A stretch of 60,019 nt of DNA, filler included, from Theionarchaea archaeon (GCA_018992565.1; 4 parts of 4 records of this genome joined end to end with filler, not necessarily neighbours in it), one strand, 5' to 3'; shown: positions 40,601-51,900, counted from the whole stretch's first letter. Notes: generated by a model from the letters alone, not told the origin. Translations and numbers: made by a program.

Positions 40601-41383
40601 ATGGCTAACTGGCTCGTATTTCTGTGTCTTTTTGTGGTCTCCATTCCAGGTATTGTTGTCACTGTACCAGGTGCAATTACGTCAATGGAAGCCAGGATAA
40701 AGGAAAGCGCCCCTCCTGGCAAGAAAATACCCTCTATGAGAGTGATACTAACTCTTGGCATACTGCAGAGCCTCGTGCTCGTTTTGATTGCAGATGCTGC
40801 AGGGACAATTACCACCCCTTCAATAGGATTTTCTGCACCCTTTTTTGAGGCCCTGGTAACTGGTGAACACATTTGGAATTCCCTGCAGCCGCAGCTTCTC
40901 CCTTCTTTTGTGCTTGGAATTGGTGGTGGAGCGCTTTTTGTAGCCTTATATTACCTTGTGTTTCGGCCACGTCTTGATGATGAGACTGTCAAAGTCATGG
41001 AAAAGCTGAGAATGGACCTGGGTCTCTCAGGAAGAATATTGTATGGTGGTATCGTTGAAGAGGTCTTGACCCGATGGGGCTTGCAGAGTGTTGTGATTTG
41101 GGTGGGGAGCCTCATTACAGGTGTCGTCACTCCCGCCACTATCTGGGGTTCCATCATCATTGCAGGGATCCTGTTTGGACTTGGGCACCTTCCTTCATAC
41201 CTGGGAGCAGGCTGCAGAAAAACGCCACTGTTCATAGCGTTCGAGATAACCTTGAATTTGTTGGCATCCCTGATCTTCGGCTGGCTGTTCTGGAACTATG
41301 GGTTACTGGCTTCTATGATTGCACATGCATTGTTCCACGTGGTGTGGTACCCCTTCGACGTCCGCACGTATAAGGAACGGTAA
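40601..41383 (+). CDS. CPBP (Abi/CAAX) family intramembrane metalloprotease
   Basis: EEVLTR, FGLGH and AHALFH motifs. Confidence 0.88.
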   Translation: MANWLVFLCLFVVSIPGIVVTVPGAITSMEARIKESAPPGKKIPSMRVILTLGILQSLVLVLIADAAGTITTPSIGFSAPFFEALVTGEHIWNSLQPQLLPSFVLGIGGGALFVALYYLVFRPRLDDETVKVMEKLRMDLGLSGRILYGGIVEEVLTRWGLQSVVIWVGSLITGVVTPATIWGSIIIAGILFGLGHLPSYLGAGCRKTPLFIAFEITLNLLASLIFGWLFWNYGLLASMIAHALFHVVWYPFDVRTYKER

Positions 41384-41573
41384 TGTGATGGGATGTCTTT
41401 CCTTTTTTTGGCTTTTGGTCTCTTAATAGATATGATATCATTCCTGTAGGACATCCTCCAATCAAGAACCATGCTCTTTCACTAGCTCATGGTCTTCAAT
41501 TGCTCTTGCTGGTCACGAAAGGAGGGACATGTGAAGAGTCAATCTTTTTATTGATGCGGGGTGTTTTCCTGGC

Positions 41574-42049
41574 ATGGTGATGACGTTCTTCATGAAAGGA
41601 CTTATTATCGGCATTTCGATAGCTGCACCTGTGGGCCCAATCGGTCTCCTTTGCATCCAGCGGACCCTTTCTGAGGGACGGATTTCAGGGTTTGCTTCGG
41701 GCATGGGAGCTGCTACTGCCGATGCGATTTACGGATGCATTGCTGGATTTGGAGTAACGACTGTCTCATCGTTCTTGATGAGTCAGCAGCTGTGGCTCAG
41801 GCTGCTTGGGGGCGGATTCATAGTCTTTTTGGGAATCAGGGTTTTTTTCCTGCCACCTGCAGAGAAAACTGCTGTACCAGGAGGAGGGAGTCTTTTTGCG
41901 CATTACGGATCTACCTTTGTCCTCACACTCACTAATCCTGTGACTATTATCTCTTTCGCAGCTATATGCGCAGGACTAGGGGTTGCTGCCTATGGGGATG
42001 CAGGGTTGTTGGTTCTGGGAGTTTTCATGGGATCAGCGTTGTGGTGGTT
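41574..42049 (+). CDS. LysE-family translocator, 3' end lost in a scaffold gap
   Basis: IAAPVGPIGLLCIQRTL, GAATAD, LTLTNP and GSALWW motifs. Confidence 0.9.
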
Positions 42050-42149
42050 NNNNNNNNNNNNNNNNNNNNNNNNNNNNNNNNNNNNNNNNNNNNNNNNNNN
42101 NNNNNNNNNNNNNNNNNNNNNNNNNNNNNNNNNNNNNNNNNNNNNNNNN
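42050..42149. other. 100-N scaffold gap
   Basis: Run of N. Confidence 0.97.
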
Positions 42150-42471
42150 CTTTGTCTCTATTCAATCTTCAACAAGATTTCATCCAGTATCCAGCGATTT
42201 CAATGCAGGCAAAACAGCCTTGTACTAAAGTAATTGAGAAAATTCTATTCTTATCACTCTTCGTGAATTCATAACCTAATAAAAGAATTAAATGTCTGCT
42301 GTTTTCACTGAAATTACCTTTCTTCGTAGTGGAAAGGTATATATACGAAAACTCAGATACCCAAAACCATGATTCAGGAGGGATGACAATGGGAAGGAGG
42401 AAAGTTGTTCTATTCGGATATGAAAGTGTGCGTGGATTCTCCAGCGACTTTGAACTCTTGGAGGTGGTATT

Positions 42472-44112
42472 TTGAGAGGGAATCACAGAAAGTCTCTTAG
42501 CATGGTCTTGTGGTTGGTATTATGGATTGGCTTCTTCACTTTCGCTTTACGTGAGGCTGTATCGGCTCAGCCGGAAGAAGGAAAAGGGCCCTCTGAAGAG
42601 GGTATAAAGGGTTATTTCGATTCCATACTTGTTCTATCAATAATCGGAATATGCATCTATATCGGGTTCAAGAGAGCACCGAAGGATCAGCATAAGGAAG
42701 TAGATACGTCTCGAGTTGCGATTCTAGGGTTCAGTCTGATTTCAATTGTCGTCTTGAGCTTTGTGATAGGGTATTTTGTGTTTCGTTCCGTAGTGAATTA
42801 TCAAATGGATCATCTAATGTATCAATATCCTTCAATGAATGGTGGAACGGTCGCTCTGCTGATTTTTGCTCTGCCACTGATCATTTCCCTCGTATTATGG
42901 TATCTGTTGCCTTCCATCATTATACGATGGTATGCTCTCAAGCCACTACCTTCAGAGTATAAGCACGTGCACGATTCTGTGCAGAAAATCGCTTTGAGAA
43001 TGGGGATTCCCCCTCCAGCAGTTCTCTACACGCAGAGGGATATTGCCAATTGCTTTAACATCGGGAAAAGAGAGGGCGAATCGGCCCTCGTCACAAGTGA
43101 CTGGCTAATGAATCATCTGGATATGAATGAACTAGAAACCGTCTTTGCACATGAAATGGCACATACAAAGAATAGAGATGTAACCTTAATGGCGTATCTC
43201 GCTGTTGCCCGGAGAATCCTGCTGCTTTTTCCAATTCTTATTTTGGCTATTTTCCTCAACAGCGTTCTTCGGACTGGATACCCTGATCTTCTGACTGCAC
43301 TCTCACCTTTTTTCTGGTTACCCATTATTTTTCTCTTTGCGTTGTATTTTCTTCTAGTCCTGGGAATCCAATGGTTTTCCCGGTTGAGAGAGGCCACAGC
43401 AGATGCACAGGCTTCTCTCGTGGTAGATAAGCATATTCTGAAGAGGGTTCTCTATAAACTTGCAAATGCACGATCTGCACGCATGCTACTCATATCCTCC
43501 AGTCTGATGATATCTGGAACCCGTCGATTTGAGGGCGTCTTCTCTGCTCATCCTCCTATCTACAAGAGATATGAAATGCTTGACAAGAAAAAACACATTA
43601 TAGACTATGAGAAACCGCTCTCTCTCAGGGGTTGCTTCACCACTGCACTGAGCATATACGTATTCCTGCAACTTATCAACTATGGGTTCTCTGCGCTGGT
43701 TCTCGGGGTAAAAGGGGATCTACCCCAAGGTGCACTTGTATATTTCCTTAACCCCGTTATCATAGCTACTCTTTTCGTCCTTTATTATGATTTTATTTCG
43801 CTGAAGTATGTAGGAATAATACCCCTTCTGATTGGGTTCCTGCAATTTGCAGTATTCCTCGTTCTAGGGGTACCAAGTTTTCTTTTTGGCAAATATGTCG
43901 TAGCGCCTACAGTCAAACCAGTTCCATCTGGAGTGGACAATGTCATGGTATTTGTCGCAGAATATACGGAGAGTTTCTCAGAAATGATAAGAACGGCTTT
44001 TCTTGTAGATTTGCTGCTTTTTTCTGTTATTACAGTCGTGGCAATCATTTCTTTTAGATATTTCAGAGGGATGCACAAGAAGCCAGATTCAAGATCGTTC
44101 AATGGCAAGTGA
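42472..44112 (+). CDS. M48 (HtpX-like) membrane zinc metalloprotease with extra TM regions
   Basis: ELETVFAHEMAH, SRLREATAD and SAHPP motifs; start uncertain. Confidence 0.85.
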   Translation: MRGNHRKSLSMVLWLVLWIGFFTFALREAVSAQPEEGKGPSEEGIKGYFDSILVLSIIGICIYIGFKRAPKDQHKEVDTSRVAILGFSLISIVVLSFVIGYFVFRSVVNYQMDHLMYQYPSMNGGTVALLIFALPLIISLVLWYLLPSIIIRWYALKPLPSEYKHVHDSVQKIALRMGIPPPAVLYTQRDIANCFNIGKREGESALVTSDWLMNHLDMNELETVFAHEMAHTKNRDVTLMAYLAVARRILLLFPILILAIFLNSVLRTGYPDLLTALSPFFWLPIIFLFALYFLLVLGIQWFSRLREATADAQASLVVDKHILKRVLYKLANARSARMLLISSSLMISGTRRFEGVFSAHPPIYKRYEMLDKKKHIIDYEKPLSLRGCFTTALSIYVFLQLINYGFSALVLGVKGDLPQGALVYFLNPVIIATLFVLYYDFISLKYVGIIPLLIGFLQFAVFLVLGVPSFLFGKYVVAPTVKPVPSGVDNVMVFVAEYTESFSEMIRTAFLVDLLLFSVITVVAIISFRYFRGMHKKPDSRSFNGK

Positions 44113-44453
44113 AGAGAGATGATTACTATTTCCTGAGAGACGAATTCCATGAGGAAAAGAGGACAAACTCGAAATAGTAGAGGAACACCAAGATCTAGGT
44201 TCAATGTTTCATGTACCCAAGGACAGGAAGAATGACAGATAGCATATGTCGTTCAATAGTGAGATAATGAACGAAAAGGTCTCGGAATGGCATAGAGCAT
44301 ATACAGGAGAAATCGAATTTTTACAAATATATTCTAAGTAAAATTACGAATTTTAGAGAATAGCCGATAGCTTTTACTCTTTTTTGTTCAAGAAACTATG
44401 AAAATAGTAGACATGAAACGAAATCTTTTTAAGGACAGTAGGAGGTGATAATC

Positions 44454-44894
44454 ATGAGAAGATGGACTTTGCTCATTGTGCTACTGCTTCTCAGCAGCTG
44501 TATATCTCAGGAATTCAGGTTGGCAAATGTAGCATTTTGTACCTGTGAGCCCGGCAAGAGGGAATGCGACAGGCAGCCTCATGCAACCTACAGACAAGGT
44601 GAGATCATCTGGATGTATACAGAGTGTTACAAATTCCGGTACATAAAAGATTCTGAAGAATATATGTCTGAATTCGATATTACTATTGAAATATTCGATG
44701 ACCATGGGACCAACGTCCGTACCATTACGGAGTCTTTTGAAACTCCACTAGATGCGGAACCTGATTTTGTGTGGTTCAAGCTGCCAGTCAAGAGTGAAGG
44801 TCTTGAGAGGGGAAAGTACACTGTCTTGATTACTCTTGTGGACAAGTACTCTGGTAACATCGCCACAAAGGAGGCTGTCTTCTACATAGAGTGA
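44454..44894 (+). CDS. Putative lipoprotein, Ig-like beta sandwich
   Basis: GGAGGTGA RBS, lipobox LLSSC, LERGKYTVLITLVD. Confidence 0.7.
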   Translation: MRRWTLLIVLLLLSSCISQEFRLANVAFCTCEPGKRECDRQPHATYRQGEIIWMYTECYKFRYIKDSEEYMSEFDITIEIFDDHGTNVRTITESFETPLDAEPDFVWFKLPVKSEGLERGKYTVLITLVDKYSGNIATKEAVFYIE

Positions 44895-44986
44895 GTGTTC
44901 AATTTGATTCAGACATCTGTAATGATACAGCACGTCCTACTATAGACTCTGTCCATCGGGTTATCCTTTGCTGTCCAGGGTTGTTT

Positions 44987-46345
44987 CTACACATTCACCC
45001 ATTCTTTTATCCTCATTACCTTCCCCCATGTACAGGTATCTCCCAATCTTCTGTACATGAGAACACCATTACAGAAACATTTATCACAGTGGAGCAGATA
45101 CGTGCAGTCTCCACATATTTCTTTGGAAGGAAACCGGATTTTTGAGAAAATACTTGCACGTTCTCCACTGAAGGCACTGTGGAATTCGTCTTTCAAGAGG
45201 TTTCCGCACACCAGATAGTCTTCATTGAGATAGGTACACGGACGCAGGTTTCCAGTAGGTCCCACTACCCACATTGTTCTTCCAGCACCACAGTCTCGTG
45301 ATGTGAATTCAGACCTTGTTCTCTCATAGAAGATGGAAAGCAAATTCGCGTACTTTTCTGCCACTTCATCTATTTCTTTAATCCATCTTAGAGCATCATC
45401 TGGGTTGACTCCCAATTCTCTCCCTCTCCCTGTGTCCCGCGCTATGTCAAAATTGATACCTCTTACTCCAAGTTCATTGGCAAAGAGGAGAATTTCTTCA
45501 AAATCCCCAATAGTGTCTTGTGTGATAGTGACTTCAACACGGGTAAATATCCCTTCAGATATGAGGTTGTAGATGCCCTGCACAGCCTTGTTATGAGCAC
45601 CGTTGACTCCTCTGAACCTATCATGAGATGCTGGGTCATAGCTGTCAAGACTCACCTGGACGAGAAGGTTTGTCAGTTCAGCAAGGCTTTTTGCCACTTC
45701 TCTAGTTATTAATGTACCATTTGTTGCCAGTATTACCTCATAGAACCTGTCGCAGCACTTGTCTATTATATTGAATATGTCTTTTCTGAGCAGCGGTTCT
45801 CCGCCAGTTATCTCGAAATCTCTGGTTCCATTGTCAGAAAGCGTTTCCACAAGTCCGAACAGGTCTTCTTTCTTCATATCTGTTCCACCTGCAGTTCCTG
45901 CAGACACGGCACAGTGCTTGCATTGCAGATTACATCGTGTTGTCACTTCCGTTAGCACTCTCAGGGGGTAGTAGCAATCAAATGTCCCGCAACACGTCAC
46001 TTCGCGAGAAGCAGGTTCTTCGAGGAAATCCATTTCGAACTTCAACGATGCGTTCTCAAAGAAGTTCAAAATCGAATCTCTGAATTGTTCTGATTCCTCC
46101 CGGTATATGCTCTTTGCTATTTCTTCAATAGTCTTCTCACCATTGCACTCCAGCAGAAGTCGTGCTCCGAAGGGGTTCAGTCTTCCCCAGAGCGTGGTGT
46201 CAGCAGGGTTCAGTTCAGCAACACTCACACTCTTATAGAGGTTGTAGCTCTCTCTCCACATATCCTTGGGAAGCACAATCCCCCCGTCAGGATTTTTGTA
46301 TATACTCTTCTTGAATACAGGGTACGTTCCAGCATCAATTTTCAT
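44987..46345 (-). CDS. Radical SAM/SPASM peptide maturase with a PqqD-like RRE (SkfB-like)
   Basis: RLNPFGARLLLECNGEKTIEEI RRE; CNLQCKHC; GGEPLL; CGAG...RPC and CxxCxxxxxCxxC SPASM cysteines. Confidence 0.88.
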   Translation of the reverse strand: MKIDAGTYPVFKKSIYKNPDGGIVLPKDMWRESYNLYKSVSVAELNPADTTLWGRLNPFGARLLLECNGEKTIEEIAKSIYREESEQFRDSILNFFENASLKFEMDFLEEPASREVTCCGTFDCYYPLRVLTEVTTRCNLQCKHCAVSAGTAGGTDMKKEDLFGLVETLSDNGTRDFEITGGEPLLRKDIFNIIDKCCDRFYEVILATNGTLITREVAKSLAELTNLLVQVSLDSYDPASHDRFRGVNGAHNKAVQGIYNLISEGIFTRVEVTITQDTIGDFEEILLFANELGVRGINFDIARDTGRGRELGVNPDDALRWIKEIDEVAEKYANLLSIFYERTRSEFTSRDCGAGRTMWVVGPTGNLRPCTYLNEDYLVCGNLLKDEFHSAFSGERASIFSKIRFPSKEICGDCTYLLHCDKCFCNGVLMYRRLGDTCTWGKVMRIKEWVNV

Positions 46346-47231
46346 CACTCTCACCTCTCCAGTCAATTGGCAGGGTCATGAAAACATTCACGGCCCAGTG
46401 AGATATCATGGTATACATCACGTTTCTTGTATAGTAGAATATCAGGGCCAGCAAGACTATTCCGATGATGTTGTTCAACCGTTCCCTGAGATGGCCTTTC
46501 TTCACTGGTTCGAAATAGAGCCAGAGCAGCAGCAGAGATACCACTATGTAGATTAAAAGCCCCTGTATGGAGTAGCCCATATATGCTTCAATATACAGCT
46601 GGAGGAATCCGTTGAGTAGAATGTTCTGAGGCATGGAAAGAAATGCGCACAACATGACAAAGGCAACCACGTTTTTCACAGAAACATTCCCGAGCTGCCA
46701 CCCCATGAGAGACACGTCTGAATGAATCTTATGTTCTCCCCACGATGACCTCAACCCCTCATCGAGGGTGAGAAGTGGAAGCGCACCCAGTGACACGCCC
46801 AGCATCATCAGTACATAGAGCAAGACACTGTCCCAGTTGAACATGAACCCGATTCCTCCCAACCGCAGTTTCATGAACACCAGCGGTATGACTACATACG
46901 AGGACAGAAATGCTGACGACCCAGCCAGAGGGTTTTTCAGAAATGATATCCTGTTCATAGCATGGAATGTGGCAGGAAAAGCTAAGATGAGAACGAGAAT
47001 TACGTCCATGAGAAGGTATTCAGGACGTACGTTCAGCAACTGCGGATCAACCCGGGGCGTCTTATCAAATATCACAGCCATACTCGCAAGAGAGAGGACC
47101 ACAACAGCCAGAGTATAGACTCTGTGAGTAACAAGTGTTGCAGATCTGAATATATTCCCTTTCTTAATTTTCGTCTGGAATCCTGCTAGGACAGCAAGAA
47201 AAACAGTTACGATCAAGATTTCAATGTACAT
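46335..47231 (-). CDS. Multi-TM protein, degenerate CPBP/Abi-like
   Basis: PQNILLNGFLQ aligns with EExxxRGFLQ; C-terminal SHWAVN aligns with HxxxN; AGGTGA RBS. Confidence 0.55.
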   Translation of the reverse strand: MYIEILIVTVFLAVLAGFQTKIKKGNIFRSATLVTHRVYTLAVVVLSLASMAVIFDKTPRVDPQLLNVRPEYLLMDVILVLILAFPATFHAMNRISFLKNPLAGSSAFLSSYVVIPLVFMKLRLGGIGFMFNWDSVLLYVLMMLGVSLGALPLLTLDEGLRSSWGEHKIHSDVSLMGWQLGNVSVKNVVAFVMLCAFLSMPQNILLNGFLQLYIEAYMGYSIQGLLIYIVVSLLLLWLYFEPVKKGHLRERLNNIIGIVLLALIFYYTRNVMYTMISHWAVNVFMTLPIDWRGESDEN

Positions 47232-48489
47232 TTTTATCACCTATCCAGCATATGGGATCTTCCCCATAGAGGTCATTCGTCCTTATGTACGACTCAGCTC
47301 TACACCCACCTCTACATGTAGGGAGAAATGAACAGGAAGAACACTTTCCCCCGACTTTCTCCGTTATATGTCTCATATCTTCCATGATTTCACAACCCCA
47401 AATCTCTTCCATATTCCCCTCAATGAGGGTTCCAACCTTGAGCGGAATCTTCTCACACAGCTTTACTGTACCATCAAAGTCCACCATGCATCCTGACGAG
47501 CCTGCCGTGCATATGGAGCGATCAAAGATGTATGCACCATCCTTTATGTGTATATATGGTGAATGCATGAGGATCTTCTCTTCTTGATACTGCTCCTGAA
47601 GTGCCTGTACGGTTCGTGCGACTTTCATGTATTCTTCTCTCGAAAGTGCATAATCTGGCAAGTTCTTGCTTCTTCCAAGGTTATCAATTGTAGTAAATTT
47701 TATCCTGTCTCCTTGTTTTAAAGCCAATTTTGCAATTTTTTTAATTTCATTCATATTCTTTCTATGAAGAACGCAATTGAATCGAATATCCACCCCGTTT
47801 TCCTTTAGAAGTGCGGTTCCCTTCATCATTTTCTTGAATGATCCCTCAACTCTGGTCATGTGGTCATGCATGCTTTCAGATGAGGAATACATGCTGACCT
47901 GGGCTGATGGACAATTTTCAGATATCCTCTGTGCCATACTGCTGGTGATGAGTGTGCTGTTTGTCTCAAGCAAAATGTCTGTTCCCTGTCTTTTGAGTGT
48001 TTCAAGGATAACGAACACTTCTTCTCTCATTAATGGTTCTCCACCAGTCAAAATAACGAGAAAAGGTCTTATCTTCTTTATTTTTTCCAATATTATCATC
48101 AGTTCCTCTTTTCCAGTCTCCCGGCAGCTGTAATCTATGTAGCAGTGCCTGCAAGAGAGATTGCACTTCTTTGTTATACACCACGTCAGGTACGTGGGAA
48201 GGTTGGGGAGGAAATCCCCATAGGGTATTTGCAAAGGGTATCCTTCCAGAATGCCGTATTCTTTGAATTTTCCAATGATCCTATCAGTGTCTCTCCTGAC
48301 CCTCTCGATATCGCCCACTTCAAAGTGACTATCCATTTTCCTTGCAATGTCCTCAGTGCTGGTTTTCCCATTGAGCAAAAGAAATGTGAAATACGCACTT
48401 TTGTTCAGGTAGAGTGTAGTACCTTCTATAAGAATAAGATAACCAATACCTTCTTTTCGTATCCTTGCGTTTTTTCTCTTTAGAAGCAT
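47221..48489 (-). CDS. Radical SAM/SPASM protein with an N-terminal PqqD-like RRE
   Basis: LNKSAYFTFLLLNGKTSTEDIA RRE; CNLSCRHC; CTAG...KLC and CSSCSFLPTCRGGC...PIC. Confidence 0.9.
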   Translation of the reverse strand: MLLKRKNARIRKEGIGYLILIEGTTLYLNKSAYFTFLLLNGKTSTEDIARKMDSHFEVGDIERVRRDTDRIIGKFKEYGILEGYPLQIPYGDFLPNLPTYLTWCITKKCNLSCRHCYIDYSCRETGKEELMIILEKIKKIRPFLVILTGGEPLMREEVFVILETLKRQGTDILLETNSTLITSSMAQRISENCPSAQVSMYSSSESMHDHMTRVEGSFKKMMKGTALLKENGVDIRFNCVLHRKNMNEIKKIAKLALKQGDRIKFTTIDNLGRSKNLPDYALSREEYMKVARTVQALQEQYQEEKILMHSPYIHIKDGAYIFDRSICTAGSSGCMVDFDGTVKLCEKIPLKVGTLIEGNMEEIWGCEIMEDMRHITEKVGGKCSSCSFLPTCRGGCRAESYIRTNDLYGEDPICWIGDKNVH

Positions 48490-48522
48490 TGATGGACATC
48501 TCTTGCAGCTACCAAACCAACA

Positions 48523-49653
48523 TCACGTCAAGAGATATTTTTCAGGGAAAAGCCCAGAATCGTATAGCTGCTGGCACAGGGGGCTGGGTAGATCAATGTC
48601 ACCCATGTCGATCGCCAATTTCTTGCAGACTCCTGAACATGTATCTTTGAAATAGCACTTCTTGCAGATTCCCTTTTTCTCTCTCTTGAGAATCTCCATC
48701 ACTTTATCGCACAATCCTGAGTTCCTCCACAGTTCTCTCAGGCCTTTCCTCTTTATGTTCCCCGCCCTGAGAAACGTATCTGTCATGACGGAACAGGGAG
48801 CTATATCCCCTCTTGAATCCATTCCTACCAGAGTAGGAGATAAGCAGCTTCCAAGGTAGGGGAAGAACGACGGGACCTCCACTGGGAGAAACACTGGTTT
48901 CACCTGCGTGCCTATGGAGTACCTGGGGTTCTCTTCAAAAAGACCTATGAGGCTTCTAACAACTTCAAGAATCTCTCCTGGAGAAGGATAGTGTTCAGAG
49001 AGCTGCCACGCCCTGCCGCAGGGCATGAGACTCTGAATAGCATACATGTCTGCCCCAGTATCGATGGCGAGTCGGGCAACATCTTTGATCTCATGTACGT
49101 TGAATTTTGACACAGTAGATTTCACCAGAATTCGGGTATTTTTGAACTTTTCAGATGCGATACGAATGCTCTTGAGAGTTTTGTCAAAGCACCCTGCAGT
49201 GTTTCTGAACCTGTCATGAGTTTCTCTCAATCCATCCACGCTGAACTGCATTTCATAGATTTTCAATTGGGAGAGTCTCTCAATCATTTCCTCATTCAAG
49301 AGAGTTCCGTTGGTAAGCAAGACAGTTGATAGACCGTAGTCTGTTGCATATTCTATGATGTCTATGGTATCTGACCGTGAAAAGGGTTCTCCACCAGAGA
49401 TTACAATGTACAATCCACCTTCTGCATAGAATTCATCTATAAACCTCAATATGTCACCAAATGAAAGTTCGTCTTTTCTCACCTGTCCAGCAGAGACGCT
49501 ACAATGGAGACAATTCAGGTTGCATCCTAATGTGCACTCGATTTGAGCCTTTTGCAATGGTATTTCACCGTCAAAGATCTGGAGCATATCGTCAAGGGAC
49601 GTACCATGAATGCGCAGATTCTCATTTTCTATTGAAAAGCTCTTGTCGCTCAT
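48523..49653 (-). CDS. Radical SAM/SPASM protein without RRE
   Basis: CNLNCLHC, SGGEP and CKKCYFKDTCSGVC...PLC. Confidence 0.9.
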   Translation of the reverse strand: MSDKSFSIENENLRIHGTSLDDMLQIFDGEIPLQKAQIECTLGCNLNCLHCSVSAGQVRKDELSFGDILRFIDEFYAEGGLYIVISGGEPFSRSDTIDIIEYATDYGLSTVLLTNGTLLNEEMIERLSQLKIYEMQFSVDGLRETHDRFRNTAGCFDKTLKSIRIASEKFKNTRILVKSTVSKFNVHEIKDVARLAIDTGADMYAIQSLMPCGRAWQLSEHYPSPGEILEVVRSLIGLFEENPRYSIGTQVKPVFLPVEVPSFFPYLGSCLSPTLVGMDSRGDIAPCSVMTDTFLRAGNIKRKGLRELWRNSGLCDKVMEILKREKKGICKKCYFKDTCSGVCKKLAIDMGDIDLPSPLCQQLYDSGLFPEKYLLT

Positions 49654-50018
49654 ATAACGTGTAATGGGTTGGGATTTATAAAGCTAACGTTTTTTTACAG
49701 AATTTCTTGATAATTTATGTCTTCATTGAGTATAAACGTAAAACTCAGGACCTACATTGATAGAAATAAAGTCAATTAATATTATACAATAACAGAAATA
49801 TGCTAGAAAAAGTGATTAATTATTTCATTCGTTATTGAATTTCTCGGATATTATATTTTCTAAGAAGATGTATGATCTTACATCTTTTTTTGTCGTGATA
49901 TCGCAGATTCAGTTCAAGTGTCAAAATGTAGAAGCAACACTGTATGGGGAATTGCCAGTTCGTTGCCTGTATGCAGTAGAAACCACTGCCACATCGGGCG
50001 AGGTGGTGAGGTATTCCA

Positions 50019-50118
50019 NNNNNNNNNNNNNNNNNNNNNNNNNNNNNNNNNNNNNNNNNNNNTTAATTAATTAANNNNNNNNNNNNNNNNNNNNNNNNNN
50101 NNNNNNNNNNNNNNNNNN
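50019..50118. other. Artificial contig linker
   Basis: N-run + TTAATTAATTAA + N-run. Confidence 0.97.
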
Positions 50119-51790
50119 GGGCCACATATTTGATGAGAATTTCTTGATGACAGTTGCCACTACAGGTGCTATCCTCATTCATCAGCTGCCAGAGGCTGCG
50201 GGAGTCATGCTCTTCTTCTCGGTAGGAGAGTATGTTGAAGACCTTTCTGTCAGCAGATCCCGGAAATCTGTGAGAGCACTCCTGAACCTTCGCCCCGATT
50301 CTGCCACTCTCGTACATGGTGATAGCACCCTGCAGGTGAATCCTCGTGACGTGAAGGTTGGAGATATAATCCTGGTGGCTCCTGGAGAAAGAGTCCCCCT
50401 GGACGGCGTTGTAATCGAAGGACACTCCATTATGGATACCTCTGCACTGACTGGAGAAAGTATGCCCAGGGAGGTTGAGGAAGGGGGGACGGTACTGGCA
50501 GGAATGATAAGTAAGACAGGTGCTCTCACTGTGAATGTCTCGAAGCCCTTTGGAGAGTCATCTATGTCACGCATCCTGGACCTGGTGGAGAATGCTGCAG
50601 CCCGTAAGGCACGACCTGAGAAATTCATCACGCGGTTTGCCAGAGTCTATACTCCTGCAGTAGTAGGTGCAGCAGTATGTGTGGCAGTCATCCTCCCCGT
50701 GATCCTGGGTGCCTCCTTTCTGGAATGGACCTACAGGGCTCTGGTGCTCCTTGTTATTTCCTGTCCCTGTGCGCTGGTCATATCCATACCGCTGAGTTAC
50801 GTGGGTGGTATTGGCAGAGCGTCCCGGGAAGGTATATTGATAAAGGGAGCCCACTTCCTGGATGTTCTCACTGACCTCGCAGCAGTGGTATTTGACAAGA
50901 CAGGCACCTTAACCAAGGGATCTCTTGCCGTTTCCCAGGTGGTGCCTGCTGAAGGGTTTACTGAAGACATGGTCTTGAGACATGCTGCTGTAACAGAGCA
51001 GTATTCCTCCCATCCCATTGCCCGTTCAATTGTGGAGAAATACCCGCAGGAAGAAGGAGATACAGTAACAGACTATCAGGAAATTCCTGCCCGCGGTGTC
51101 AGGGCTTCAGTGAACGGAAATACTGTCTTTGTGGGGAATGACAGACAGCTTCATGAGGAGATGATATCCCATGATACGTGCCACGTGGAAGGCACAGTAG
51201 CACATGTTACAGTGAATGGTACGTATGCAGGGTATATTCTCATCAGTGACACGATAAGAGACGATGCAGGAAAGACCGTAGAAGCCCTCAGGGAAATGGG
51301 TATCACCTCCATCATGCTCACAGGCGATAGCAGTGATGCAGCTGAATGTGTGGCACAGTCACTGGGAATCCTGAGGTTCCACAGTGAGCTCCTGCCTGAA
51401 GAGAAAGTCGTGAGACTGGAACAGATGAAAGAGAGTCTCAGCTACGATAAGAGGACGGTTGCCTTTGTGGGAGATGGGATAAATGATGCTCCCGTCATTG
51501 CTCGAGCAGATGTCGGGATTGCCATGGGGGCACTGGGAAGTGACGCAGCTGTGGAAACTGCAGACATTGTGATTATGACTGACCATCTCTACAAGGTGGT
51601 GGAGGCAGTTAGAATAGCCAGAAAGACCAGCACAATCGTATGGCAGAACATCGCACTGGTCCTGGGGGTCAAGAGCATCTTTATCTTCATGGGGATCCTG
51701 GGAATGGCCACCATGTGGGAAGCAGTGTTTGCAGATGTGGGGGTGGCTCTCATGGCAGTGTTCAATGCCACCAGGATCAGGGTATACTAG
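50119..51790 (+). CDS. Heavy-metal P1B-type ATPase (CadA/ZntA-like), 5'-truncated
   Basis: DENFLM, LTGES, SCPCAL, DKTGTLT, HP, GDGINDAP and FADVG motifs. Confidence 0.95.
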
Positions 51791-51840
51791 CGTTGTTGCA
51801 CCATGCCTTCTGATACAGTCACTCCACAACAACTGGAAAC

Positions 51841-51888
51841 TACTTTGTAATGCAAAGCTTTATAAACTGTAGACTACATTACATAGTA
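51841..51888 (+). promoter_or_regulatory. TATA box (TTTATAAA, 51859-51866) flanked by an inverted repeat, candidate operator
   Basis: TACTTTGTAATG (51841-51852) and CATTACATAGTA (51877-51888) are 11/12 reverse complements; the first site also holds the CTTTG-N5-CAAAG palindrome. Confidence 0.6.
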
Positions 51889-51900
51889 AGGTGATAGAAA

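Noticed and set aside
49835..50018. Possible precursor for the three-rSAM cluster (one minus-strand frame reads GIPHHLARCGSGFYCIQATNWQFPIQCCFY...)
   Set aside because: It is truncated by the contig end with no start or RBS visible. A plus-strand GAGGTGGTGA just before the break suggests instead that a divergent gene begins there.
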